Shown piece after piece: positions 11,430-24,657 of a stretch of 64,000 nt of DNA. The DNA is from Malacoraja senta (lineage: Eukaryota), in the NCBI GenBank assembly GCA_038087875.1, contig CM075996.1, forward strand, positions 188,001-252,000, in the 5' to 3' direction. The translations under genes and the position numbers were made by a program. The notes beneath the pieces are model-generated. The model searched no databases. It was not told where the DNA came from and worked only from the letters and a program-made list of their open reading frames with translations. Position 1 is the first letter of the stretch; the number at the start of each line of letters is the position of its first letter.

Positions 11430-13635
11430 TTAATCTCCTGAACTAGAATGAGTATGAACCATTCTGCTCACACTTTTATCATAAGGCGATACCTCCATTT
11501 TCCGATTATCAGTCAACCTTCACTGAACTGATTCTATACCTTTTCTTAAACAAGGGGATTATAACTGTACCCAATACCCAAAATGTGGTCTCCCTAGTGC
11601 CTCGTACAGCTATCTGTGGTTAGCAACTAAATAACACAGATAGTAAAAGGCGTGACAATCTCTTGAAGCCACGTTACATGGACGATTTTTTATTACAATA
11701 GAGGTACTGAGTTTGAGGAGATCATATGATGTTGATATTACAAAAGCAAACCCATATCAAGATAATTGAAATACAGAGAAATTGTTTGAAGAGGTTTTGT
11801 TTAATTTTAGATATGAAATATATGTGTTGTACTCACAGTTCAACAAATATGTTTGAGCTATGAAACCATTACTATTCAATTCAGACATGAAAAAAGACAT
11901 TTCTATAGGCATTCCCTCAGGTTCAAAGATGACTTGTTTCCATCCCAATTTTATGGTATCTGCCGTAGCTGATGAAACCAATGTGATTTCCGCCAAGTGG
12001 GGCAACATGTCCTTGAGGAGATACACGAGTGCCTAGTTCAGAAGGCAATGTCCTCAGTCGGCCATTTTGACTTGGTTTCTGCACAATGCCAACAAAGAGC
12101 CTTGCGATTCTAAGTATCTTCCCAGACACTTCTCCTCCATTTTGAGCAAACATGCGGGAAACATGTTCCCAATGTTGGGGAAGTCCAGAACCAGGGGCCA
12201 CAGTTTAAGAATAAGGGGTAAGGCATTTAGAACGGAGATGACAAAACACTTCTTCACACAGAGAGTTGTGAGTCTGTGGAATTCTCTGCCTCAGAGGGCG
12301 GTGGAGGCCGGTTCTCTGGATACTTTCAAGAGAGAGCTAGATAGGGCTCTTAAAGATAGCGGAGTCAGGGGATATGGGGAGAAGGCAGGAACGGGGTACT
12401 GATTGGGGATGATCAGCCATGATCACATTGAATGGCGGTGCTGGCTCGAAGGGCCGAATGGCCTACTCCTACACCTATTGTCTATTGTCTATTATCAAAC
12501 GCGGATTAGGGACCCTGCCATTGACTCAAAAAGCTGGAGTAACACAGCGGGACAGGCTGCAACCCTGGAGAGAAGGAATGGGTGAAGAAAGGCCTCAGCC
12601 CGAAACACCACCCATTCCTTCTCTCCAGAGATTCTACCTGGTGACTTTCCACACTTGGTGATTGTGGGGCAGAGACTGCAAACTGGGAAAACATGTACAC
12701 CGTCACCTTCTCCTGTCTAACAATGATCTATCCTACATCTTCCGTGATTCTCATCCCCTTTGATGTCTTGTTTTCACACCTTACCCTTCCTTACTGTATC
12801 TCTGTGTCCTCCTCTCCCCTGACTCTTAGTCTGAAGAAGGGTCCCTACCTGAAACGTTACCCATTCCTTCTCCCCTGAGATGCTTCCTGTCCCGCTGAGT
12901 TACTCCAGCATTTTGTGTCTGTCTTCGGTGTAAACCAGCATCTGCAGTTCCTCGCTACGCATGAGGGATCCAGTGAGTTGTTTCATTTGAAGAAGGGTTT
13001 TCATCTAATTATCTCTGGTTCTGACAGAGCCGAGACTATCTACACTTCAGGAATCTAGTGTCAGGCAGGATTTGGATCCATACCTCACATAAAGGAGAAT
13101 AGTTGCAGTTGTCGGAGATTAATTTACCTGGCACCAGGGTGTCTCTGCAGCAGTTCCTCGGGGGAGAGACCTGGGTCCAACCTTTATCATCTACTTTCTG
13201 AGGTAGCATGTGTGCCACAGAAGGAACATCCAACTGCCTACCCTTGACAGACAGACACATCAACATACAGGGAGTCACCTTCACCTTCCTGAGGTCTGAA
13301 TCTTGGAACCGCCTACCCTATTGTAGTGCGGGTACACTTTCACCAGAAAGATTTGCAGCAATTCAAGAAGTTTGCCGGAAAATAGGACAAGAAGGAATTG
13401 AAACCACGAGCACTTGAACCTAAGACAGACACAAAAAGCTGGAGTAACTCAGCGGGACAGGCAGCATCTCTTGAGAGAAGGAATGGGTGACGTTTCTGGG
13501 TCGAGACCCTTCTTCAGACCCTCGAGCCTGTTCTGTCATTCAATATTATCGTGGGTAATTGGCAATCCAACTTCATCTGCATCAACCTTTAACACTTTTA
13601 GTCTAAAAAAAATTCTATCAATCACACATTTAAAA

Positions 13636-13783
13636 TTCTTCTGCTTCTTCTTCTTGCGTGTGGCGTGCACAGCCTAAAGTTGTAGGACAACTTGTTCTAT
13701 TTGATCTATTTGTCTGTGCACACCGGGTTGATTGCATTAGTCGAAACAGGGTGGACCACGTGAAGGTTGCAATCTCCCGCCCC
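13636..13783 (-). mobile_element. Short SINE-like retroelement with a 5' HDV-like ribozyme and (GAA)n tail, copy 1 (Ingi/Vingi-type non-autonomous element suspected)
   Basis: 10-bp TSD acatttaaaa at 13626-13635 and 13784-13793. Homologous to 43907-44045. The minus strand ends ...cacgcaagaagaagaag. Confidence 0.85.
13730..13783 (-). ncRNA. Predicted minimal HDV-like self-cleaving ribozyme (54 nt)
   Basis: Minus strand: GGGGCGG-GA-GAUUGCA-ACC-UUCACGU-GGU-CCACCCU-GUUUCGA-CUAA-UGCAAUC. This gives P1 with a G1.U wobble (one C.A mismatch), a 7-bp P2, a 3-bp P3, a 7-nt L3 and a C-N-A-A J4/2. Confidence 0.8.
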
Positions 13784-14144
13784 ACATTTAAAAGTAACAT
13801 TGCTATTTGTGGAAGAGAGCCCGAAACCTACACTTCTCGTTGCAAGTTGAGCCGTTTCCCAACTTAACACCTGAAAGATAGACACAAAGTGCTGGAGTAA
13901 GTCAGCGGGTCGAGCGACGTCTCCGGAGAAAAAGGAATGGGTGACGTTTCAGGTCTGGATCCTTCTTGAAACATCTGAAAGACCTGGCCTCAATTTTTAG
14001 ACACCGCCCCCTTATCCCAAGCAACCCCCACCAATTTCTCTCCTTCGACAATGTTGGTTCTTCTTACTAGGTTGAAAACTTTGGTCAGATTAATTTTTTC
14101 ATTCATTCATCAGCTATGGCAATGCAGGCAATTATTGTCCAGTT

Positions 14145-14628
14145 AGACAATAGACAATAGACAATAGGTGCAGAAGTAGGCCATTTGGCCCTTCGAGCCA
14201 GCACCGCTGTTCAATGTGATCATGGCTGATCATCCACAATCAATACCCCGTTCCTGCCTTCTCCCCATATCCCCTGACTGCTATTTTTAAGAGCCCTATC
14301 TAGCTCTCTCTTGAAAGCATCCAGAGAACCGACCTCCACCGCCCTCTGATGCAGAGAATTCCACAGATTCACCACTCTCTGTGAGAAAAAGTGTTTCCTC
14401 GTCTCCGTTCTAAATGACTTACCCCTTATTCTTAAACTGTGGCCCCTGGTTCTGGACTCCCCCAACATGGGGAACATGTTTCCTGCCTCTATCGTGTCCA
14501 AACCCTTAACAATCTTATATGTTTCAATGAGATGCCCTCTCATCCTTCTAAACTCCAGAGTGTACAAGCCCAGCTGCTCCATTCTCTCAACATATGACAG
14601 TCCCGCCATCCCGGGAATTGACCTTGTG
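14145..14628 (-). mobile_element. CR1/HER1-type LINE 3' part
   Basis: The ORF track matches the same C-terminal peptide. (agacaat)n marks the tail. Confidence 0.9.
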
Positions 14629-15191
14629 AATTGCCCCCTCAATTGAATGCCCATTTCAAGCTTCACCCTAGTTTGTCCAATATCAGCTTGTAATGTGATG
14701 CTTACAATTGTTCCAAGAAACCGTCACTGCATGGAGCCTCTTTGCTGATGTGTGGAACTCCTCACAGTGCTCAAGAGATAGTCTAACCAGTGCTTTATCC
14801 GGCTCTAGCACAACATCCTAGTGTATTCTCAACCACTAAATATAAAACCTCTCTGGTTATTGTCTTCACCAGTCCATTATATTCTAACGATACATATACC
14901 AGATGCCGAAATCCTAGCGGTCCTCCAAGGTGTTAGATCATCAGTGTTTAGCAAGTGCTGTGTGTTAAGAGTGCTAGTCAATCCCGGTAACTCCTCTGCA
15001 TAGATGGAGTCTGTCTTGCTGAATGTGGCCTGAATTATTTCACATGTACAGTATCTGCAGGTTTTCTGCTATTTTTTTTGCCATTCTATTTTTTTGCTGC
15101 ATTACCTTTACATGAAGACAAATGTTCTCAATTAATGCCCAAATTTGACCGATGGAATTCCATAGGAATCTATGCTGGGACCTCTGCTATG

Positions 15192-15785
<594 letters not shown>

Positions 15786-17012
15786 CTTAGACGTAAAGTA
15801 GATAGTTTGGTTAGTAAGTTTGAAGACGACACAGGGCGACACAAAGGCACAGCTAGTAGAGCTGCTGCCTCACCGCGCCAGAAACCCGGGTTTGATTCTG
15901 AGCTCGGGTGCTGTCTGTGTGGAGTTTATACTTTCTCCCTGTGACTGTGTGGGCTTCCTCTGCGTGCTCCTGTTTCCTCCCACTCGCCAAAGATGAGAGG
16001 ACTTGTGGGTTAATAGGCTCCTAAATTGCCCCGAGTAATTCGGGATGGGATAGCAAAGAGTTAGTGTGAATGGGTGATCGATGACCAGCATGGATTTGGT
16101 GGGACGAAGGGCCTGTTTCAATGCTGGATCTTTCAATCGGTCAATCAAGATCGGTGGAGTTGTGGACGGTGAGGAAAGGCTGTCAAATTATACAGAAGAG
16201 TATAGAGCAGCTACAGAAATGGACAGAGAAATGGCAGATGGAGTTCAATCTAAGGTAGACAAAAATGCTGGAGAAACTCAGCGGGTGAGGCAGCATCTAT
16301 GGAGCGAAGGAAATAGGCAACGTTTCGGGTCGAAACCCTTCTTCAGACTACCTTCGATTTTCCAGCATCTGCAGTTCCGTCTTGAACATGGGGTTTAATT
16401 TAGGCAGGCGTGAAGTGTTGAACTTTGGGAGCCTAAATGTAGGCATAAACTGTGTTGGGTTCTGAGCCTATAGCTTCTGGGAAGGATGTGCCTTCGTCGG
16501 CTAGGCATTGTGTATAAGTTAGCAAGTCATGTGCAGCTTTTTAGGACTTTGGTTAGCCCGCAGCTGGAGTATTGCTTGCGGTTCGGGCCACCACATTACT
16601 GGAGGGATGTGGGGATTTCGGAGAGGGCACGGAAGAGGTTTACCAGAATGCTGTCTGGATGGGAGGGTATTAGCTACAAGGAGCGGTTGGACAAACTTAG
16701 ATTATTTTCTCTGGACTGTTGAAGGCTGAGGAGAGACCTGGCAGAAATATATTAAATTATTAGCGCCACAGATAGGATACACAGTCAGAAAGCTTTTCCT
16801 TGTGTGGAAATGTCAAAAGCATGGGGGCAGAGCTTTAGAGGGGCAACGTTTAAAGTGGAGTTGTGAGGTGTTTTTTTTGCACAGAGATTGATGGGTATCA
16901 GGAACATGCTGCCAGGAATGGTGGTGGGAGCAGATACGATACCGGGATACAGCGCGGAAACAGGCCCTTCGGCCCATTGAGTCCGCACCGACCAGCGATC
17001 CCCGCACACTAC

Positions 17013-17825
17013 AGGGCCTGTCCCACTTTCACGATCTTTTTTACTCGTGGACATTTTTCATCAGGCTAGAAAAATGCCCCGACCTACTTGATGCCACGAG
17101 TACCTACGACTAGCATCACGACCTCCCACGACCTCGTGACGACCATGCTGCGAGTATGAATCAAGGGCTAAAGGCTCTGTCTTACCTGTTTGCGGTCATC
17201 GGCAGTGAAGCGCGGCGTCGCCGGTAGCGAGGACCGCGCGGCAACGGCGAGAGCGTCGAGCCTATCCACCGGAGCGCCGCACGGATGCTGCGCGGGGGCC
17301 GAGTTAATTCAAACACGGCGGGTCCCACGTGCTTGCGGTAAGTAAAAAAAGGGCGGGCCGACTGCGATGACGTCGGCCCGCCGCACGTGACTCACCAGCG
17401 GCGGCTGTGGCGGCGGCCATCCTGATCGCGGAGGCTGTAGCGGCGGCTGTGCCTGCGGCCATGCAGCACACGTGCGTCACTGGCGGCGGCACGTGCCTCA
17501 CTGGCGGAGGCTGTGGCAGTGGAGGTTTGACGCACGGCGCTCGAGTCACACTGGCAGCGGCCCGTGCGAGCGGCCGTGACGCACTCGTGCATCACTGGTG
17601 GAGGTTGTGCGGTGAGTATTTTGTTTTCAACATTGTCGATTTTATTTTAGCACCGCGCGGTGTTGGGAACACCGTCGCACGGCCCCGGGAATTGTACGTT
17701 CTCACGAGTGCGCGGTCTATGGCGGCAGATTCTTCCCGTTTCGCCGCCAATGATCGCAGACTCGTGAGACAGGCCTTTAACTCGGCAGAGGTCGTGAATT
17801 AGGTCGTGAAAGTGGGACCGGCCCT
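17013..17825. mobile_element. PIF/Harbinger-type MITE (type C, reverse orientation) inside an HE1 SINE, carrying a nested MITE
   Basis: TIRs at both ends. Flanks tac/taa rejoin to the SINE sequence cacactaacactatcc. Confidence 0.85.
17172..17777. mobile_element. GC/CpG-rich nested MITE with imperfect ~30-bp TIRs
   Basis: Reads aggctctgtcttacctgtttgcggtcatcggc ... gccaatgatcgcagactcgtgagacaggcctt. TAA lies on both sides and the host MITE sequence rejoins across it. Confidence 0.8.
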
Positions 17826-20365
17826 TAACACTATCCTACACACGCCAGGGAACAATTTGCACATACACCGAGCCAATTCACCTACATACCCGCACGTCTT
17901 TGGGGTGCGGGAGGAAACCGAAGATCTCGGAGAAAACCCACGCGGTCACGGGGAGAACGTACAAACTCCGTGCAGACAGCACCCGTAGTTGGGATCGAAC
18001 CCGGGTCTCCGGCGCTGCGAGGGCTGTAAGGCAGCAACTCTACCGCTGCGCCACCGTGGCCGCCCAGACGATTTAAGAGGCGTTTAGATAGGCATGTGGA
18101 TGTGCAGGGAACAGAGGGATATGGATCACATACAGGCAGAGGAGATTAGTTTAATGGTCGGCACGGACATGGTGAACCGTAGGGCCTGTCCCTGTCCCTG
18201 TCCTGGTGAGAGGAAAACAAACAGAGATGCATGTGGCAGTGAGACTGTTAACCCGTACCCCCTGGTCATGGGAGATTGTACAGCGGCTGCATCGTAAGAC
18301 AGATCATGCGACGTTCTGTTTCCTTTCTGAACAAGTTGGCTGAAGGCTGGCAATTTACAGTCACAAGACCAGGCAGTCTCTCCTTCAGAGACCTTGCTGC
18401 CTCCGGGGCAGATAGAGGAGAGGAGCAGTGTGACGGAGGCGAATTGATAGTCATGCTGCCAGAGCAGTCGAGTACGCTTGACGAGAAAGGACTGTTTATG
18501 GTGGAGAGATTCGGAATGCGTTCACTGAACAAGCTCACTGTTGGTGTAAAGCATTGACAAGAATAAATCAAAGATACATCAAATAGGCATCAAGACTCGT
18601 GACAAACTGTCTCCGACGTAGGCCTGTAAGACTGAGGTCTAGTTAAAGCCCTGAGTCTTTTCTTGCACATGCCAACACTTTTTTCACACAGAGAGTGGTG
18701 AGTCTGTGGAATTCTCTGCCTCAGAGGCCGGTGGCGGCCGGTTCTCTGGATACTTTCAAGAGAGAGCTAGATAGGGCTCGTAAAGATAGCGGAGTCAGGG
18801 GATATGGGGAGAAGGCAGGAACGGGGATGATCAGCCATGATCACATTGAATGGCGGTGCTGGCTCGAACTGAAAATGGACTTCTTGCAGAATGATATACA
18901 GTACAATCATGCGTACTTCAAAATCGTTTAACATTACTCCACCATTCACTTTCCATTTGGATAGTTACCAGGGGACTTAGTGCATGTTTTAAGGAGCAAT
19001 CGGAGTTGGGCTTTTGTGGAACAATTGTTTTTTTTTATTGTCTTTGTGCTGCACTGGTGACCCACTAAAATAAGAGGCAGTATTTGCTTTCAGTCCCATT
19101 TCCCCATGGTACCGAAACCTCCTTGCACCCACCAATCCCATCGCTTCCATCACACAAACAAGTACCTCCTGGATCCACCACCCTGCATCAATTTGCTGAA
19201 CATCCTTGTCAAAGGTCATAAGGTCATAAGTGATAGGAGAAGAATGAGGGCATTTGGCCCATCAAGTCTACTCCGCCATTCAATCATGGCTGATCTATCT
19301 CTCCCTCCTAACCCCGTTCTCCTGCCTTCTTCCCATAATCTCTGACATCCGTACTAATCAAAAATCTATCTATCTCTGCCTTAAAAATATCGACTGACAG
19401 GCTCTGTAGCCTTCTGTGGCAAGGAATTCCACAGATTCGCCACCCTCTGACTAAATAAACTTCTCCTCATCTCCTTCCTAAAAGAACATCTTTTAATTCT
19501 CAGGCTATGACCTCTAGTCCTAGACTCTCCCACTAATGGAAACATCCTCCCCACATCCACTCTATCCAAGCCTTTCAATATTCTGTACGTTTCAATGAGG
19601 TCCCCCCCCCATTCTTCTAAACTCCAGTGCATACAGGCCCAGTTCCGACAAACGCTCATCATAGGTTAACCGACTAATTAATTCCTGCCATCATTCTTGT
19701 CAACCTCCTCTGGACCCTCTCCAGAGCCTGCACACCCTTCCTCAGATACAGGGCCCAAACGGATTCCATACAGGTCTCTCCCCTTCCCTCACAACCCGAG
19801 CTTCCAACCACCAGCCCTGTGGGCCCAAAGAACATGGTGTTCACGCCCGACTGTGCACGATATAGTGGGTAGACAAAAATGCTGATGAAAAACACAGCGG
19901 GTGAGGCAGCATCTATGGAGCGAAGGAAATAGGTGTATATGTACGATATAGTGCCCAGTTGCCAAACAGCAAGCCTTTTATGGAACACTACAAATTCTAG
20001 GCCAAGGACTGTTAAAACTTTGGGAGGAGTCTCTGATGCGATGATGTGTCCATTGGATCAGACTCGATCGCACAAATTATCAGCAAGTGTATGAATGTAA
20101 TTAAATCTCAGAAATACGACATAAAATATCAGATTTGCCGTACATTTGGACATTTTTTTCAATGCTGCCACAATGTGGAAGATTATTTATCTCCAGTTGA
20201 CTTGTTACAACAAATTATATAACCACCTCACGTTGACATAATTCTCTTGGACTTAATGTTCTGTCTCCGCAGATGAGCTTGGACTATCCTGATGTCTAAG
20301 AGATACATCTGTAGCTAATGCAACACAAGATGAACCACCAAGTCCAGTACCTGCATCATCAGAGT

Positions 20366-20722
20366 AGTAGGCCCCTCTCGGTCATGTCTGACCATGGGTG
20401 ATGCATCCTGGTCGGATGCAAGCCTGGGCGATGTCATATGGAGGACAGGCTGTTGCCCATGCAGCACGTCCCCCCTCTCCACGTCGCTGATCGATCCAAA
20501 GGAACAGCAGGGCCGTTACAGTTCGGCACCAGCGCCGTCGCAGGAGCTGCCAGAGCGAGGTTGTAGCCAACGACAAACTGCCTCAGGAGCTCCGACTCCG
20601 GATTTTCTTGAGGTTTACTCCTGGAACCTTTTCCATGACTGGATATGGCCACAAGGCAGCGGAGGTTTTAGTTTTAAATCAGAGTTTTCCCTCTCCTAGA
20701 TGGACTGCCTTCCCAGGCTGAC
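20366..20722 (-). mobile_element. Probable non-autonomous RTE-clade element (RTE-type 5'UTR joined to a short tail)
   Basis: The minus strand begins gtcagcctgggaaggcagtccatctaggagagggaaaactctgatt, resembling the RTE 5'UTR motif as I recall it. It ends ...ggggcctactac and has no RT ORF. Confidence 0.5.
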
Positions 20723-22658
20723 AGAGGTCTAGCAACTGGACAGAAATAGTCACAGCATTTAATTAGGATCTTAGTCCTCCAGTGGCCATTTTAAATGTTC
20801 CCCAATGTTGGGGGGAGTCCAGAACCAGGGGTCACACAGTTTAAGAATAAGGGGTAGCCCATTTAGGACTGAGATGAGGAAAAACGTTTTCACCCAGAGA
20901 GTCGTGAATCTGTGGAATTCTCTGCCACAGTAGGCAGTGGAGGCCAATTCACTGGATGTTTTCAAGAGGGAGTTAGATTTAGATCTTAGGGCTAAAGGAA
21001 TATAGACAATAGACAATAGGTGCAGGAGTTGGCCATTAGGCCTTTGAGCCAGCACCGCCATTCAATATGATCATGGCTGATCATCCACAATCAGTACCCC
21101 GTGCCTGCCCTTCTCCCCATATCCCTTGATTCCACTAGCCCCTAGAGCTCTATCTAACTCTCTCTTAAATCCATCCATAGATTTGTCCTCCACTGCCCTC
21201 TGTGGCAGGGAATTCCTCAAATGCACAACTCTCTGGGTGAAATTTGTTTTTCTCACCTCAGTCTTAAATTGCCTCCCCTTTATTCTAAGACTGTGGCCCC
21301 TGGTTCTGGACTCGCCCAACATTGGGAAAATGTTCCCTGCATCTAGCTTGTCAACGAGACTCGGTGCACAAGGAGTGCCCTGGTACCTCCCAAAACCTTC
21401 TGCTCACACCTCCCCCACCCTCCAACCTTGGATTGCAAGAAAGGTGCTCTCAGCCCAAGAACGGAGCCGACTGTTGGATCAGCCCAAGAACGGAGCCTTC
21501 GCAGCACCGACTGTTGGATCAGCCCAAGAATCTCCCCATAACTTCAGCGACCTCCTGCTTTTGGAGAGCACCTTCAACATGGGAGCTTTATCTAAACAAA
21601 ATAATAGACTCCATACCAAATAACCAGGCCAAAGATAGGGTTTTAAGGACTATCTAACAGTTGAGAATTTTGGATAGGGTACAGGACGAGATTCCAGTGT
21701 GTTGTTTCCAAGTACAGATGCCAGTGATGGAGCAGTGATGTTTAAATGGTGTTAGAGTCAGGCCCCTTACTAAACCATATTTGAGGTAACATAAGTTTAA
21801 AGATCTAATGCTGGAAGGTGGTAGCTCTTTATCTACTAGCACAGATACGATGGACCAAATGGCCTCCTGATTTCCCTGATCTTCTGTGGGCCTAATGGGA
21901 CAACTGGCCTTGAATGTACAGGAAGGAACCGCAGATGCTGGTTTGCATCGAAGATGGACACAAAATGCTGGAGTAACTCAGCGGGACAGGCAGCATCTCT
22001 GGACGGAAGGAATGGGTGTCGTTTTGGGTTGAGACTGAGAGTCGGGAGAGCGAGACGCGGAGATAGGGAAGGGGACGAGGATCTAGGACCATGTAGAATA
22101 GATCACTGTTAGTTCGGAGAAGGCAACACTGTACATGTTTTCCCAGTTTCCAGCCTCTGCCCCACAATCACCAAGCGTGGAAAATTCCCGACGGAATTAT
22201 AACAGAACTGGGGTTGGTAAACATGTTTCTCGAGCTGCGTGCCGTGGAAGGCTGACAACTCAAGTCATTGAGGATCAGGGCGAGCCGCCTCACGTGGTGC
22301 GTCACAGATGACCTGAAGTAAAACAAAATAAATGATGAACTCATGCATCTTCGCTGCTTTCATCCTGCTTTCCTGATCTGCTGATAACAAAGGATCCTTT
22401 CATTGCCCAATTCACTGCTAGCCCTTTGCCTCCAGGTCTTTCCACGCTCTTTAACTGGATGCTCACCAGAAAAACCCCATGATTTCATACTGACTCGACA
22501 TCCGTGGAAACAAATTAGATTCGGAAAGGTCACATGATAACAATTTCCACTTCTCCTCTTCAAACATAACTGCTAATCAGATTTATTTGTAAATAACTTT
22601 TTTATAAACCTTTTGTCGGTTAACGTAGAAACATAGAAAAATAGTTGCAGGAGAAGGC

Positions 22659-22934
22659 TTCTTCTTTTTCTTCTTCTTCTTCTTGCGTATGGCGTGCCCA
22701 GCCTAAAGTTGTAGGATGCACACAAAAATGCTGGAGAAACTCAGCGGGTGCAGCAGCATCTATGGAGCGAAGGAAAAATCTTCTTTCGCTTCATAGATTT
22801 TTCCTTCGCTCCATAGATGCTGCGGCACCCGCTGAGTTTCTCCAGCATTTTTGTGTACCTTCGATTTTCCAGCATCTGCAGTTCCTTCTTAAAGTTGTAG
22901 GATAACTTGTTCTATTTGATCTTATTTGATTGTG
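22659..22934 (-). mobile_element. 5'-truncated copy of the same short element (no ribozyme), interrupted by a Penelope-derived inverted dimer
   Basis: Same tail (ttcttc)n-ttgcgtatggcgtgcccagcctaaagttgtagga...cttgttctatttgatc. Flanked by the direct repeat aggagaag. The internal insertion duplicates taaagttgtaggat. Confidence 0.8.
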
Positions 22935-23899
22935 AGGAGAAGCTCATTTGGCCCTTTGAGCCAGCACTGCCATTCAATATGATCATGGCAGATCATCTTA
23001 AATCAGTACCCCGTTCCTGGTTTTTCCCCATATCCCTTGATTCGGAGACGAGGAAACACTTTTTCTCACAGAGAGTGGTGAGTCTGTGGAATTCTCTGCC
23101 TCAGAGGGCGGTGGAGGCAGGTTCTCTGGATGCTTTCAAGAACTAGATAGGGCTCTTAAAAATAGCGGTCAGGGGATATGGGGAGAAGGCAGGAACGGGG
23201 TACTGATTGGGGATGATCAGCCATGATCACATTGAATGGCGGTGCTGGCTCGAAGGGCCGAATGGCCTACTCCTGCACCTATTGTCTATTGTCTATATTC
23301 CTTTAGCCCTAAGATCTAAATCTAACTCCCTCTTGAAAACATCCAGTGAATTGGCCTCCACTGCCTTCTGTGGCAGAGAATTCCACAGATTCACGACTCT
23401 CTGGGTGAAAAGGTTTTTCCTCATCTCAGTCCTAAATGGGCTACCCCTTATTCTTAAACTGTGTGACCCCTGGTTCTGGACTCCCCCCAACATTGGGGAA
23501 CATTTAAAATGGCCACTGGAGGACTAAGATGCTAATTAAATGATGTGACTATTTCTGTCCAGTTGATAGACCTCCGTTCTCCAGCAATGTCTCCTTCACC
23601 GATGGGTGTACATTGCACTGGGGTAGCACCCTCAGTTGATCAGGAGTGAAAGGCAAAAGGCAGCCATCAATTCCAATCAGGAAAGGTATGCTATTGTTAC
23701 CTCCTTGTTACCGTCAGGCAGACGATACAGGAGCATGGCTGCACGTACCACCAGACTTAAGAGCAGTTTTTACCATCAGGCCATCAGGCTTCTGAAGTCA
23801 TAAACACATCATATATGTTGATTATTTTATTTTTTATTTATTATTGTCTTTTACCTACCAATGTCACTTTTATCTTATCTTTTTTTAAATCTTATTTTT

Positions 23900-24275
23900 A
23901 AGTAAGTAAGTTTATTGGCCAAGTATTCACATACAAGGAATTTGCCTTGGTGCTCCGCCCACAAGTAACAACATGACATACAGTGACAGTTACGCATGAC
24001 TCAGAAAACACTAAACATTAATAATAATAAAACATTAATGATAAAACACCATTGATCAAGCATGTGAACCAACAAAATACCAGATCAAAGGGAGGCTACA
24101 GATTTTTGGCTGTTGAGTAGAGCAACTACTCGTGGATAAAAACTGTTTTTATGTCTGGCTGTGGCAGCTTTGACAGTCCGGAGTCGCCTTCCAGAGGGAA
24201 GTGATTCAAAGAGTTTGTGGCCAGGGTGAGAGGGGTCAGAGATTATCTTGCCCGCTCGCTTCCTGGCCCTTGCAA
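23900..24275 (-). mobile_element. Rex1/Babar-type LINE 3' end (duplicated at ~31200-31575)
   Basis: Translates RARKRAGKIISDPSHPGHKLFESLPSGRRLR...KNSFYPRVVALLN, then UTR, AATAAA and a (ttac)n tail. Confidence 0.85.
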
Positions 24276-24657
24276 TATCATTGCTGAGGTGACCCGTTGT
24301 CTTGTCTAACACATTTCATTGTACCGTTGACCCTGTGTTAACCTACATATGACAAATAAAACTGAGCTGAGCTATTTGACTGGGCACTGGACAGTGAATT
24401 TCAGCTGAATATTTCTTTATTTTCCCTGTAGAAGTGGGATGCAGGGGATTCATTGCTACATCTACGACCAGTCTATGAAAGAAAATGGGGGTGAGGCGTG
24501 GCTCCCTGCAACAAGCAATCAAGTCATTATCGAATCCCGCAGAAAAAACAGCAGCAATTGGCTTTGGATCAAATGGAAAGGCAACAATTGGGCTGCAAGA
24601 TGAAGACAGGAGGGTATGGAATTGAGGGGGGGGGGGGGGTGTACCTGGGACGCCAGC

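Noticed and set aside
18266..18571. Ser/Pro-rich minus-strand ORF with a possible acceptor
   Set aside because: No recognisable homology, no clear donor and no partner exons, so it cannot be supported.
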